IMG/VR virus record: IMGVR_UViG_3300021560_000039
Location: 1 to 37,485 of that record
DNA: 37,485 bases
Strand: one strand, 5' to 3'
Source of the DNA: a virus
Taxonomy: Duplodnaviria > Caudoviricetes
Below, piece by piece: positions 7,828 through 16,774 of this stretch (position 1 is its first letter; every line of letters starts with the position of its first letter). A program made the position numbers and the translations under genes. The notes below the pieces were generated by a model that worked only from the letters and a program-made list of their open reading frames with translations, was not told the DNA's origin and did not search any database.

Positions 7828-8037
7828 ATGCACGACCGGCCGATGCGGGACGACGAGGGCGATCCCTCGGCGTGGCGCCACGCGGTCACCGACGCCGGGC
7901 CCTGGCCCTGCCGCGAGTGCGGGGGCACGGACGTCCATTTCCGGATCCGGGAATCGGACGACGGGGCCCATGAGGATATCCAGTACCATTGCCGGACGTG
8001 CGGCCGGCGATGGTGGGTCGAGTCGTCCGACGCCTGA
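7828..8037 (+). CDS. Small Zn-ribbon protein
   Basis: CRECG...CRTCG. Confidence 0.75.
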   Translation: MHDRPMRDDEGDPSAWRHAVTDAGPWPCRECGGTDVHFRIRESDDGAHEDIQYHCRTCGRRWWVESSDA

Positions 8038-8061
8038 CCGGGCTCGCCGATCGGCGGCCGC

Positions 8062-8215
8062 CGGATGACGCGGCGACCGGGTGACTCGGATGACAAGGTG
8101 ACAAGATGAGGGGGTGACAAGGTGAACGGGATTCGCATTCGTCACCTTGTCACCTTGTCACCCGGTCACCCGGTCATCCGGGTCACCCCCTCACCCGGTC
8201 ACCGCGTCATCCGAA
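8062..8215. repeat. Inverted cluster of GGTGAC(AA/CG) 8-mer repeats between convergent genes
   Basis: Plus-oriented copies at 8062-8123 and minus-oriented copies at 8141-8215; same family as the terminal repeat. Confidence 0.85.
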
Positions 8216-8409
8216 GGGGCGGGACGCCGACGCACCGGGGCCAGGTCGGCGGCGCGGCGGCCGAGGACGGAGCGGCCGAGCTGCTCCAGGGCCAGTTCGA
8301 CCACTCGTGTCTTGGTGAGGCCGCCCTTGGCCTCGGCGATCGCGTCGATGAGCGCGATCGCGGGGGGCCTGAGGCGGAAGCTGCTGCGCGGGGTTCCGTC
8401 GGTCGGCAT
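8191..8409 (-). CDS. Ribbon-helix-helix (CopG-like) regulator
   Basis: RSSFRL beta strand, then IALIDAIAEAKGGLTKTRVVELAL helices. Confidence 0.75.
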   Translation of the reverse strand: MPTDGTPRSSFRLRPPAIALIDAIAEAKGGLTKTRVVELALEQLGRSVLGRRAADLAPVRRRPAPSDDAVTG

Positions 8410-8508
8410 GGGTCGGGCTCGCGTCTCGGTGTGTTCGCCCCGGCACGCGCCGGGGGCGGGGTGGGGGTCAGGTCAGATCGGGGGTGGGGAGCTTAAAATC
8501 GGCGCGCC

Positions 8509-8889
8509 TCAGCAGGCGTCCATCGCCCACCGGGCAAAGGCGATCGTCTCGGTCGGCCGAGGCGCGTCGGTGCGCCCCCGGGCCGCGCCGCGGCAGAGCA
8601 GGACCGACCCGCTCTCGGCGTGGCCGTGCAGGTAGGCCGCGACCAGGCCGACGACGGCCGGGTCGAGGTCGCCGCCCGGCGGCCCGCCGCCGGCGATCCA
8701 GCCCGCGAGCGTGTCGGCGTCGGCGAGCAGCCGGGCGGCCGTCTCGGCGCGGGCCCGTCCCTTCGCCGGGTCGCCCCGCCGGCCGCGGCGGCGGTCCGGG
8801 TGGGCGTCGTCGGCCAGCGACCGGAGCCGCCTGGACCGGCTCCCCAGGCAGGCGGCCCAGATCCGATAGGCGAGGCGGCGGGGGATCAC
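8509..8889 (-). CDS. Hypothetical protein
   Basis: 4-bp overlap with the upstream minus-strand gene. Confidence 0.55.
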   Translation of the reverse strand: MIPRRLAYRIWAACLGSRSRRLRSLADDAHPDRRRGRRGDPAKGRARAETAARLLADADTLAGWIAGGGPPGGDLDPAVVGLVAAYLHGHAESGSVLLCRGAARGRTDAPRPTETIAFARWAMDAC

Positions 8890-9278
8890 GAGTGGTGCTC
8901 CTCGTGGCGCTCGCCCGTCGTGTAGTTGCGGTGGATCGTCACCGCCGGCCGGCCGCCGCGGCAGATCGTGGTGTGTGCCCAGGTCGCCCCGTAGCCGTAC
9001 CAGGCCCGGACCGGAGGGATGGACAGCCCGGGATCATCGCGATGGGTGCTGCGGAGCAGGACGCTGGTCTCCTCGCAGATCATCCACTCCTTGAGAGCCC
9101 GGGTGCGCCCGACCCCCGGTAGGATCGCCTCTCGGAGCGCGTCCCAATCCGGATCGGCCTCCGTGATGACCACCGGCTCGCCCGTCTCCCGGGCCCGGCG
9201 GACGATCGCCAGCACGCGACCGGCCACCGACTCACGCGCCTCGATCTCGATCGTCGTCAGGGTATCCGTCGTCGTCAT
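8886..9278 (-). CDS. Hypothetical protein (MTTTDTLTTIEIEARES...)
   Basis: GAGGAG RBS and a consensus promoter upstream. Confidence 0.7.
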   Translation of the reverse strand: MTTTDTLTTIEIEARESVAGRVLAIVRRARETGEPVVITEADPDWDALREAILPGVGRTRALKEWMICEETSVLLRSTHRDDPGLSIPPVRAWYGYGATWAHTTICRGGRPAVTIHRNYTTGERHEEHHS

Positions 9279-9345
9279 CGTCGTGTCTCCTCGCTCGTCG
9301 CCTCGGTCCCCGCGGTCCACTCGTCCCGCGTCGTCCGATGATCCA

Positions 9346-9381
9346 AATATATCCCGGGTGTCGTGACGTGTCAAGACACCC
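9346..9381 (-). promoter_or_regulatory. Sigma70 promoter with overlapping palindromic operator
   Basis: TTGACA (9374-9369)-17 bp-TATATT (9351-9346); palindrome GGGTGTCgTGACgtGTCAaGACACCC at 9356-9381. Confidence 0.75.
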
Positions 9382-9420
9382 TCCCGCGGGAATCCCCGAT
9401 ATCCACGTATCCTCCGCCGT

Positions 9421-9597
9421 CTCTGGCGGGGCACGACCGAGGGCGGCCGGCCGGTCGACGTGTATGTCCACCGGATCGGCTCGGCCGACCCGCGGGCCCT
9501 CGAGGAGCTGGACGAATGGCTCGACGAACAGCCCATCCCGCGCGAGCTGGCCGACATCGAGGCCGAGCGACTGCGCGAGCGGCGACGCGAGGATTGA
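9421..9597 (+). pseudogene. 5'-truncated paralog of the 7562-7789 gene
   Basis: 9421-9491 is identical to 7622-7692 (71 bp), then diverges while keeping protein similarity; no start codon. Confidence 0.75.
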
Positions 9598-9622
9598 CCC
9601 GGCCGGCCCCCGGGGCTAGAAT
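9594..9622 (+). promoter_or_regulatory. Sigma70 promoter of the RHH-like gene
   Basis: TTGACC-17 bp-TAGAAT followed by GACATGAC and CATGACAC. Confidence 0.65.
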
Positions 9623-9651
9623 ACCGGGGGACATGACCGGCTCATGACACG

Positions 9652-9855
9652 ATGGGTGTACCCGACATGAAGGCGAAGGCGAAGGCCAGGAAGCCCCGGC
9701 CCGATACCAGGGTCCGCAAGCGTAAATTCGTCATGATCGAGCTGACCGACGCCGAGCGGGCCCGCCTGGATCGACTCAAGGCCGCCGGCGGCGAGCGGGC
9801 GACCTACTCCAGCACGATCCGCGACCTGATCGATGCGGCGGCGGCGGCGCTGTGA
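9652..9855 (+). CDS. Small basic RHH-like DNA-binding protein, candidate repressor
   Basis: KFVMIELTDAERARLDRLK..TYSSTIRDLID; start could be 9667. Confidence 0.75.
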   Translation: MGVPDMKAKAKARKPRPDTRVRKRKFVMIELTDAERARLDRLKAAGGERATYSSTIRDLIDAAAAAL

Positions 9856-9870
9856 CGCCGCCCCTTTTTT
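9843..9870 (+). terminator. Intrinsic terminator
   Basis: GGCGGCG-ctgtga-CGCCGCC stem followed by TTTTTT. Confidence 0.65.
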
Positions 9871-9882
9871 GGCCTGTGGGTA

Positions 9883-9911
9883 TTGACAAGGACATGACCA
9901 AGGACTATACT
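9883..9911 (+). promoter_or_regulatory. Near-consensus sigma70 promoter
   Basis: TTGACA-17 bp-TATACT with GGACATGACC in the spacer. Confidence 0.85.
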
Positions 9912-9960
9912 CCAAGTGTGGGGACGAGACGACGACCGACACCGACACGGAGACGCGACG

Positions 9961-10128
9961 ATGACCACCGAGCGAGTCCTGGACGCGATGACGACCCCGG
10001 AGCTGTTGATGCTGGTGGCGGAGCTGGATCGGCTGGTGCGCGAGGCGTACGCGGCCGGCCGGCCCCACGCGGATACGCTGCGGCTGCGGGCGACCGTCGA
10101 CGACCTGCTGTATGCCCGCGGCGCGTGA
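9961..10128 (+). CDS. Hypothetical protein
   Basis: First ORF after the strong promoter; GGAG RBS. Confidence 0.65.
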   Translation: MTTERVLDAMTTPELLMLVAELDRLVREAYAAGRPHADTLRLRATVDDLLYARGA

Positions 10129-10201
10129 CCGCGGGAGCGACGCGGCCCGCCCGGGTGACGACCGGGCGGGCCGCAGGATCATGACCCCAGAGGAGGAGGA
10201 G

Positions 10202-10741
10202 ATGACCATGAGCGAGTCTACCACGGATGAGGGCGGAGTCCAATCCGGACCACGGACCACGGACCACGGACCACGGACTATGGATCGGTGGTGCGGGGAC
10301 TGCGACGGGCCGATCGCCGGCGACGGCGAGGTGCATGACGGCGAGCCGGTGTGCCGGCCCTGCGGCCTGGCCCGCCGGCTGCAGGACGCCCGCGACGCCC
10401 TCGCAGGGGCCGAGGAGGAGCTGCAAGCCGCGGCCCTCGAGGTGGATGATCGCGAGGAGCAGTACGAGGCCGACCGGCTGGAGCTCCAGGCCGACCGCGA
10501 CGCCGACCTGGCCGAGCTGGGCCGGACGCTGGCCGATTGCGAGCGGGTCGAGGCCCTGGCCCGGCGGCGAGTCCTCGACCTGATCGCCGAGGGCGAGGCC
10601 CCGGCCATGCCGCCCATCTCGGGCGGGGCGCCGTACGAGCCGACGGCCGAGGACGTCGCGGAGATGCACGCGTGGTGCGAGTCGATCGACCGGGCGTATC
10701 CCGACGACGACGGGCCCGAGGCCCGGTATGGCTACGAGTAA
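10202..10741 (+). CDS. Hypothetical protein with a Zn finger and acidic coiled coil
   Basis: CGDC..CRPC then a heptad acidic helix; GAGGAG RBS; start uncertain. Confidence 0.7.
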   Translation: MTMSESTTDEGGVQSGPRTTDHGPRTMDRWCGDCDGPIAGDGEVHDGEPVCRPCGLARRLQDARDALAGAEEELQAAALEVDDREEQYEADRLELQADRDADLAELGRTLADCERVEALARRRVLDLIAEGEAPAMPPISGGAPYEPTAEDVAEMHAWCESIDRAYPDDDGPEARYGYE

Positions 10742-11237
10742 CCCGTTGACGGAAGTGCAGTCCTCCGCTATTCCTTATGGCATGATCCCGGAGTCGTCTC
10801 CCGTGCCGGCCGCCCACCCCCTGGGGCGGCCGGTTTCGCGCGCCGAACAGGCGCGGGCCCTGGGCCTCTCGCTGAGGCAGCTCTACTACCTGCTCGCCGC
10901 CGAGCGCCGCGGCGAGGCCGAATGGGCCCGACCGGCCCCGCCGCCCGACCCGGCCGACCTGCCGCACGTCCCGATCACCGACGGGCCGGCCGAGGGCTAT
11001 CACTACCGCCTCGACGCGCCGGCGCTGTCGCGGCTGCCATCCGGCCCGCTCCGGATCGGCGAGGGGGGCCGGCCCGACGGCGGCTCCCGGCGGGCGGCCG
11101 GGCCGGGGCGGCTCGAGGGCCGGATCGGCATCCATCATCCCGAGGAGGTGCTGGGGGAGCGGGTCGACCCGACGCGCAAGCCGGCGCCGAAGTTCAAGCC
11201 GAAGCGGCCCCCGAGGAAGAAGGATCGGCCCTCGTGA
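10728..11237 (+). CDS. Hypothetical protein with an HTH-like segment
   Basis: SRAEQARALGLSLRQLYYLL; overlaps the methyltransferase start; true start may be downstream. Confidence 0.55.
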   Translation: MATSNPLTEVQSSAIPYGMIPESSPVPAAHPLGRPVSRAEQARALGLSLRQLYYLLAAERRGEAEWARPAPPPDPADLPHVPITDGPAEGYHYRLDAPALSRLPSGPLRIGEGGRPDGGSRRAAGPGRLEGRIGIHHPEEVLGERVDPTRKPAPKFKPKRPPRKKDRPS

Positions 11238-12376
11238 CGGCCCGCCACTATCGCCCGCCATTCCCCTGGTTCGGCGGCAAGTCCGCCGTCGCCGCGGACG
11301 TCTGGTCCCGGTTCGGCCGGGTGGACAATTATGTCGAGCCGTTTATGGGTTCGCTGGCCATGCTCCTCGGCCGCCCCGGCCCGATCCGCGGGACCGAGAC
11401 GGTCAACGACGCCGACGGGTTCGTGTGCAACTTCTGGCGGGCCACCGCGGCCGCCCCGCATGAGGTCGCGCGCCGGGCCGACTGGCCCGTCAACGAGAAC
11501 GACCTTCACGCCCGCCACATCTGGCTGAAGGAGCGACGCGGGACGCTGACGGCCCGGCTGGAGGGCGACCCCGACTATTTCGACGCCAGGGCCGCGGGAT
11601 GGTGGGCGTGGGGCCAATGCTGCTGGATCGGCTCGGGCTGGTGTTCCGAGGCCGAATCCGGCCCCTGGGGCCTCGCCGTCGGCGATGACGGCGTCGCCGA
11701 GCTGGTCCACCTCGGCGACGCCGGACAGGGCATCAATCGCCAGCGGGTCCACCTCGGCGACGCCGGCCGGGGCATCAATCGCCAGCGGGTCCACCTCGGC
11801 GACGCCGGACAGGGCATCAATCGCCAACGGGTCCACCTCGGCGACGCCGGACAGGGCGTGAAACGCCAGCGGGTCCAACTCGGCGACGCCGGACAGGGCA
11901 TCCTGGCCGATACCCGGACCGATGATCTGATCGGCTATTTCGAGGGCCTCTGCGATCGGCTCCGGCGGGTCCGCGTCTGCTGCGGCGACTGGACGCGAGT
12001 CTGCGGCCCGACCCCGACCGTGAAGCAGGGACTGACGGCCGTATTCCTCGACCCGCCCTACGCGGACACCGCCGGGCGGGATGTCGGGCATGGGCGCGCC
12101 CGGCTCTACGCCGAGGATTCGCTATCCGTCGCCCATGCGGTGCGCGAATGGGCGATCGAGCACGGCGATGACCCGCGGCTGCGGATCGCGCTCTGCGGTT
12201 ACGACGGCGAGCATGCGATGCCGGCCGGCTGGGCCGAATGGGCCTGGAAGGCGAGGGGCGGCTACGGGTCGCAGTCCTCCGCCCACGACAACCCCAACGC
12301 GCGGCGGGAGCGGGTCTGGTTCAGCCCGCATTGCCCGCCCGACGAGTTGCCGCTGTTCGCGGCGTCGAGGGCCTAG
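11234..12376 (+). CDS. DNA N6-adenine methyltransferase (Dam/D12 class)
   Basis: PFPWFGGKS, YVEPFMGS, ETVND and FLDPPY motifs; GTG start. Confidence 0.92.
   Translation: MTARHYRPPFPWFGGKSAVAADVWSRFGRVDNYVEPFMGSLAMLLGRPGPIRGTETVNDADGFVCNFWRATAAAPHEVARRADWPVNENDLHARHIWLKERRGTLTARLEGDPDYFDARAAGWWAWGQCCWIGSGWCSEAESGPWGLAVGDDGVAELVHLGDAGQGINRQRVHLGDAGRGINRQRVHLGDAGQGINRQRVHLGDAGQGVKRQRVQLGDAGQGILADTRTDDLIGYFEGLCDRLRRVRVCCGDWTRVCGPTPTVKQGLTAVFLDPPYADTAGRDVGHGRARLYAEDSLSVAHAVREWAIEHGDDPRLRIALCGYDGEHAMPAGWAEWAWKARGGYGSQSSAHDNPNARRERVWFSPHCPPDELPLFAASRA
11705..11902 (+). repeat. In-frame 42-bp tandem repeat (VHLGDAGQGINRQR, about 4.7 units)
   Basis: Seen in both DNA and translation. Confidence 0.95.
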
Positions 12377-12380
12377 GTGT

Positions 12381-12722
12381 GTGGGCCGCAGACGCAAGGC
12401 GATCGACCCCGAGCAGGTCGAGAAGCTCGGGCGGCTCGGCTGCACGAACGTCGAGATCGGGGACATCCTGGGATGTTCGCACGACCTGCTGGAGCGGCGT
12501 TTCGCGTCGCAACTCGCTCGCGCGCGGGCCGCACGCCGGATGTCGCTCCGCCGGGCCCAGACGATCCGGGCGACCCGCGATCGGTCGGATGCCATGCTCA
12601 TCCATCTCGGCAAGTGCGAATTGGGCCAGCGTCCGGCGGCGGACGGGGGGGCCCTGCGTGAGATCCTCGGCGGCCTCCTCGACCCGGGCGATGATCCGGG
12701 CGGTGCAGGCGAAGTACCGTGA
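12381..12722 (+). CDS. Terminase small subunit-like protein
   Basis: GRRRKAIDPEQVEKLGRLGCTNVEIG..HTH and MLIHLGK.ELGQ; directly precedes terL. Confidence 0.75.
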   Translation: MGRRRKAIDPEQVEKLGRLGCTNVEIGDILGCSHDLLERRFASQLARARAARRMSLRRAQTIRATRDRSDAMLIHLGKCELGQRPAADGGALREILGGLLDPGDDPGGAGEVP

Positions 12723-14118
12723 CGACCCGATCGGGTTCAACCGCGACGTCCTCCGGCGCCCCCCCTACTGGCACCGCCAGGAGGAGATCGCGCGGTCCGT
12801 CGTCCGGCATCGGATCACGGTCGCCTACTCGGGCAACGCGATCGGCAAGGATTACCTGCTGGGCGGGCTCATCCCCTGGTGGGGATTCACGCGGCCCGGG
12901 TCGCTGGTGATCGTCACGGGCGTGTCCCAGACCCTGCTCGGGACCGTGACGTTCAAGGAAGTGCGCCGGGCCATCGAAGGTTCGCCGCTGCTCAAGCAGC
13001 TGGGCGTCAAGATGTCCTCCGGCGTCAAGGCCAGCCCGCAGACCGTGGTGTTCGCGCCGGGGTGGCATGTCCTCGGCATCAGCACGACCAACGTGGAGCG
13101 GGCCTCGGGCCAGCATGCGGCCGAGCTGCTGGCGATCGTCAATGAGGGGTCGGGCGTCGCGGACACGATCTATGACGCCGTGGATTCGTGGAAATACCTG
13201 CGGTTCCTCGTGTGCGGGAATCCCCTCCGGTCCGACGGCCGGATGGTCGACCTGATCCGCCAGGGGGACCGGGACCGCAAGGACGGCGTCCCGCCCGACC
13301 GGGCCGTCAACGCGATCCGCATCCCCTCGACCGACAGCCCGCACGCCCACCTCGAACGGTCCCCGGTCGGCCTGGCCGATCGCACCTGGATCGCCGACGT
13401 CGTCCGCCGCTACGGGGCCGACAGCCGGTGGGTCCGCACCCACGTCAAGGCCGAGATCCCCGAGGTCTCCGCCGACGCGCTCATCCCCGAGGCGTGGCTC
13501 GACGCCTGCGCCGCCCGCCGCCGCGCCATCCCGCCGCCCGGCCATCCCGTGCTGTACACCAGGCGGATCGCCTGCGACCTCGGCGAGGGGGTGGGCCGGG
13601 ACTCCTCCTGCGTGATGGTCGTGGACGATTGGGGCCTCCTCGACGTGACCTTCGGCTCGGCGCTGGGCCTGCCCGAGGCGGCCGAGCTGATCGCCGCCAA
13701 GCGATACGAGTGGCAGGTCCCGGTCGAGCGGATCACGTACGATCGGGTGGGCATCGGCCGCGACTTCCCCCTGCACCTCCATCGCCGCGGCCTCGACGGG
13801 GCGCAGGGCTATGCCGGGGCCGGCCGGCCCCGGTCGGCCGACTTCCCCAACCTCCGGTCCGAATCGGCCTGGAGGCTCCGCCGTCGGATCGACCCGCAAT
13901 TCATCCCCGGGGGGCCGGGCTCGGCCAAGCCCCCGTTCGTCATCCCGCCCGGCCCCTCCTGGCCCCGGCTCCGCGAGGAGTTGCGCACGCTCTCCTACAC
14001 CACGGCGGGCGCCGGCAGGATCCAGCTCCTCCCCAAGGAGGACCACGCGACGCTGCTCGGCCACTCGCCCGACCTGGCGGATGCATTAATCCAATCCATG
14101 GCCTTCGATTACGAGTAG
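12691..14118 (+). CDS. terL: Terminase large subunit
   Basis: Walker A-like SGNAIGKD, Walker B-like IVNEGS, CGNP, nuclease motifs ACDLG..G.D, YDRVGIG and HSPDLADAL. Confidence 0.92.
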   Translation: MIRAVQAKYRDDPIGFNRDVLRRPPYWHRQEEIARSVVRHRITVAYSGNAIGKDYLLGGLIPWWGFTRPGSLVIVTGVSQTLLGTVTFKEVRRAIEGSPLLKQLGVKMSSGVKASPQTVVFAPGWHVLGISTTNVERASGQHAAELLAIVNEGSGVADTIYDAVDSWKYLRFLVCGNPLRSDGRMVDLIRQGDRDRKDGVPPDRAVNAIRIPSTDSPHAHLERSPVGLADRTWIADVVRRYGADSRWVRTHVKAEIPEVSADALIPEAWLDACAARRRAIPPPGHPVLYTRRIACDLGEGVGRDSSCVMVVDDWGLLDVTFGSALGLPEAAELIAAKRYEWQVPVERITYDRVGIGRDFPLHLHRRGLDGAQGYAGAGRPRSADFPNLRSESAWRLRRRIDPQFIPGGPGSAKPPFVIPPGPSWPRLREELRTLSYTTAGAGRIQLLPKEDHATLLGHSPDLADALIQSMAFDYE

Positions 14119-15708
14119 GTGATCATGCCCGTCGACGTCGAGGCGATCGTCCGCGAGGTCGAGCGGGGCCTCGCCTCCGAGTCGGTCGCCATGCGGATGT
14201 CGGAGGCCCGCAAGTCCCGGGATTTCTACGATTTCGACGGCATTCAACATATGACGGAGTTCTTGAATGATGCCGAGACCGGGCCCGAGTTCATCCAGCG
14301 CAAATACCGCGAGTCGGGCCTGGTCCGCATGCTGACGGACGTCCTGTGCGAGCACCTCTATTCGCCCGGCCCCCAGCGGACGTGGGAGGGCGCCGCGGCC
14401 GACGCCTTCCTGCAACGGGTCTACATGGACAACCACATCAACGCCCTGATGCAACGCGCCGAGGTGCTGGCGACGCTGATGGACGCCGCGGCGATCCAGG
14501 TCGACGCCTCGGGCGGGTCGTTCGATGAGCGACCGGTCCGGCTCCGCCTCTGGGGCGCCGACGAATTCGCCATCTGGGAGGACCCCGACGACCGGCTCAA
14601 GCCGGCGGCCGTCGTGACCGTCGACAAGTATGACATGCGGAGACGCTTCCGGCTCTGGACCGACGAGGAGGTCTCCACCTTCGTGACCGAGCGGGCCGAG
14701 GGGCTGACCGCCGGCGGGCGGGCGGCCCGGCCGGAGGGCCCGCCCGAGCCGAACCCCTACGGCATGATCCCCTTCTCATTCGTGCACTATAATCTCCCGA
14801 TCAATGACTTCTGGGAGCCGGGCGTGGGCGGGTTCTTCGCGGCCGCGGAGGCGCGGGTCAATGACCGGCTCTCCCGGCTGGACCAGGCGATCCACAAGCA
14901 CCTGCACCCGATCCCGGTCGCCAAGGATTGCCCCGACAACCTCCAGGTGCAACTCGGCCAGCCCAACATGTTCCTACGCCTGAATCGCCGGGCGCAGGCG
15001 CCGGGCGTGGACGGGGCCTTCGGCGGGAGCCCGCCCGAGCCCGAGCTGCTCTACCTCGAGGCCCACGTCGACGTCGAGGGGGCGCTGCGCGACCTGGCCG
15101 ATTACGTCGACCGGGTGCTGGAGGCGGCCCGCGTCCCGCGCTCGGCCGTCCGGATGGAGCAGACGGGGGTCGCCTCGGGGATCGCGCTGATCACCGAGCA
15201 GGCCCCGCTCCTGACGCGGGCCCGACGGCGTCAGCCGGCCTTCGGGGTGTATGAGGAGCGGCTGGCGCGGGCCATCGCGGCGTGCGCCGGGCGGTATTAC
15301 CGCCGGCCCGAGCTGATCCGGCAGGCGGAGTCCGGCCGGCTCGGGCTGGCCTGGCCGATGCCGACCGTCCCGGTCCAGACGGACGACTGGCTCCACCTCC
15401 AGCTGATGCGCGACGAGGCCGGGCTCACGAGCAAGGTGCAGATCACGATGGAGACCTACGGCTGCACGCGGGAGCAGGCGATCGCCATCCTGAAGCGGGT
15501 CCGGGAGGACAAGGAGGAGCTGGCCGAGATCATGCCGCCGCCGGCCGTCGGGCCGTCCTCGCCCGCCGAGGACGAGGGGGCCGAGGGCGAGGGCGAGGGC
15601 GAGGAGGACGACGTCCCGCCCGACGAGGACGACGAGGGCGAGGAGGATGCGCCGCCCGAGCCCGACGACCGGCCCAACGGGCGGGCGAAGGCGGGGGCCG
15701 CGTCATGA
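14119..15708 (+). CDS. Portal protein (SPP1-like)
   Basis: Follows terL; about 530 aa; NPYGMIPF and ASGIAL motifs; acidic tail. Confidence 0.85.
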   Translation: MIMPVDVEAIVREVERGLASESVAMRMSEARKSRDFYDFDGIQHMTEFLNDAETGPEFIQRKYRESGLVRMLTDVLCEHLYSPGPQRTWEGAAADAFLQRVYMDNHINALMQRAEVLATLMDAAAIQVDASGGSFDERPVRLRLWGADEFAIWEDPDDRLKPAAVVTVDKYDMRRRFRLWTDEEVSTFVTERAEGLTAGGRAARPEGPPEPNPYGMIPFSFVHYNLPINDFWEPGVGGFFAAAEARVNDRLSRLDQAIHKHLHPIPVAKDCPDNLQVQLGQPNMFLRLNRRAQAPGVDGAFGGSPPEPELLYLEAHVDVEGALRDLADYVDRVLEAARVPRSAVRMEQTGVASGIALITEQAPLLTRARRRQPAFGVYEERLARAIAACAGRYYRRPELIRQAESGRLGLAWPMPTVPVQTDDWLHLQLMRDEAGLTSKVQITMETYGCTREQAIAILKRVREDKEELAEIMPPPAVGPSSPAEDEGAEGEGEGEEDDVPPDEDDEGEEDAPPEPDDRPNGRAKAGAAS

Positions 15709-15959
15709 CGATCGCGCTGGCCGACGCGATCGGCCGATGGGTCGCCTGCCCGGACCCGGGCTGCGGCGCGACCTCCTTCGTGCAGGAATCGCGGTCCGCC
15801 CGGCCGCGGCCCGGGGGCATCCCGGCCCCGATGAACCTCGGCCCGGGCGCCGGCCCGCCGCCGCCGGACACGTCGCGGCACTGGTGCGCGGTGCTCTGCC
15901 CGCGGACCGGCCCCAAGCTCTTCCCGGCGCATACGCCGGTCGAGGTGATCGATGGCTGA
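15705..15959 (+). CDS. Small Cys-containing hypothetical protein
   Basis: Overlaps both neighbours; CPDPGC..C..C. Confidence 0.6.
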   Translation: MTIALADAIGRWVACPDPGCGATSFVQESRSARPRPGGIPAPMNLGPGAGPPPPDTSRHWCAVLCPRTGPKLFPAHTPVEVIDG

Positions 15960-16587
15960 AGGCGACGGCGACGGCACGGCCGCCATCGAGCTGCGCTGGA
16001 AGCTGGAGAGGCGGAATGAGGCCCTCAAACGCACGGGTTCTCAGCTCAATGCGACCCGCAAGCAGGCCCGGGACCTGACCGCCGAGCGAGATGCGGCATT
16101 GAGGGCCCGCGACGAGGCGATGGCGGCGGCCGACCTGGCGCGGAAGGCCCTCGATGAGCGGCCCGAGAAGGCCGAGCTGGAGCGGCTCAAGGGCGAGCTC
16201 CGCGAGGGGAAGCATCGGGCCGCGTTCGATCGGCTGGCGCGGGAGAAGGGCGTCGCCGACGATGCGCTGGACCTGCTCTACACCTCCTCGGGCTATAAGG
16301 CCGAGGGCGACGCGCCCGACGACGCGGCGATCGGCACGCTCATCGACGGCCTGAAGGAGAAGCCGGGGGTGGCCCGGCTGTTCGGCGAGCCCGCGTCTCC
16401 TCCGCCGACGCCGGCGCCGCCCCCGCCCCCGGGTTCGGGCCAGGGGGCCCGCGACCGAGGCGGCCACAAATTCAAGGTCACGGTCGACCAATTGTCCGAC
16501 GGGGCGTGGTGCATGCGCAACGCCGCGGCGATGCGCCAGGCCCAGATGGACGGTACCTTCGAAATCGTGGAATCGCCGGGCCGATGA
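15952..16587 (+). CDS. Capsid scaffolding protein
   Basis: Coiled coil plus Pro-rich linker immediately before the capsid gene. Confidence 0.75.
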   Translation: MAEGDGDGTAAIELRWKLERRNEALKRTGSQLNATRKQARDLTAERDAALRARDEAMAAADLARKALDERPEKAELERLKGELREGKHRAAFDRLAREKGVADDALDLLYTSSGYKAEGDAPDDAAIGTLIDGLKEKPGVARLFGEPASPPPTPAPPPPPGSGQGARDRGGHKFKVTVDQLSDGAWCMRNAAAMRQAQMDGTFEIVESPGR

Positions 16588-16774
16588 CGTCCGGGGGCCC
16601 CGCTTCGCCCCGCAAATCCTCCTCCCCGACCCCTAGCTACCGCGGCTTTCGACCGCGGTCGAGGCGGCCCCCGGCCGGGCCGCCGTGGCCGATCGATCGA
16701 CCCATCCCACGGGGCGGCCGGCCCCGTCGAGGCCCCCATGCCGGGGCCGTCGGCCCGAGCCCATCGGGTGACCC

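Noticed and set aside
7622-9491. Duplication as a DGR template/variable repeat pair
   Set aside because: No reverse transcriptase in the window, and the differences are not adenine-specific.
16588-16774. GC-rich hairpins between scaffold and capsid genes as an ncRNA or riboswitch
   Set aside because: Stems are expected at this GC content, and no known motif was recognised.
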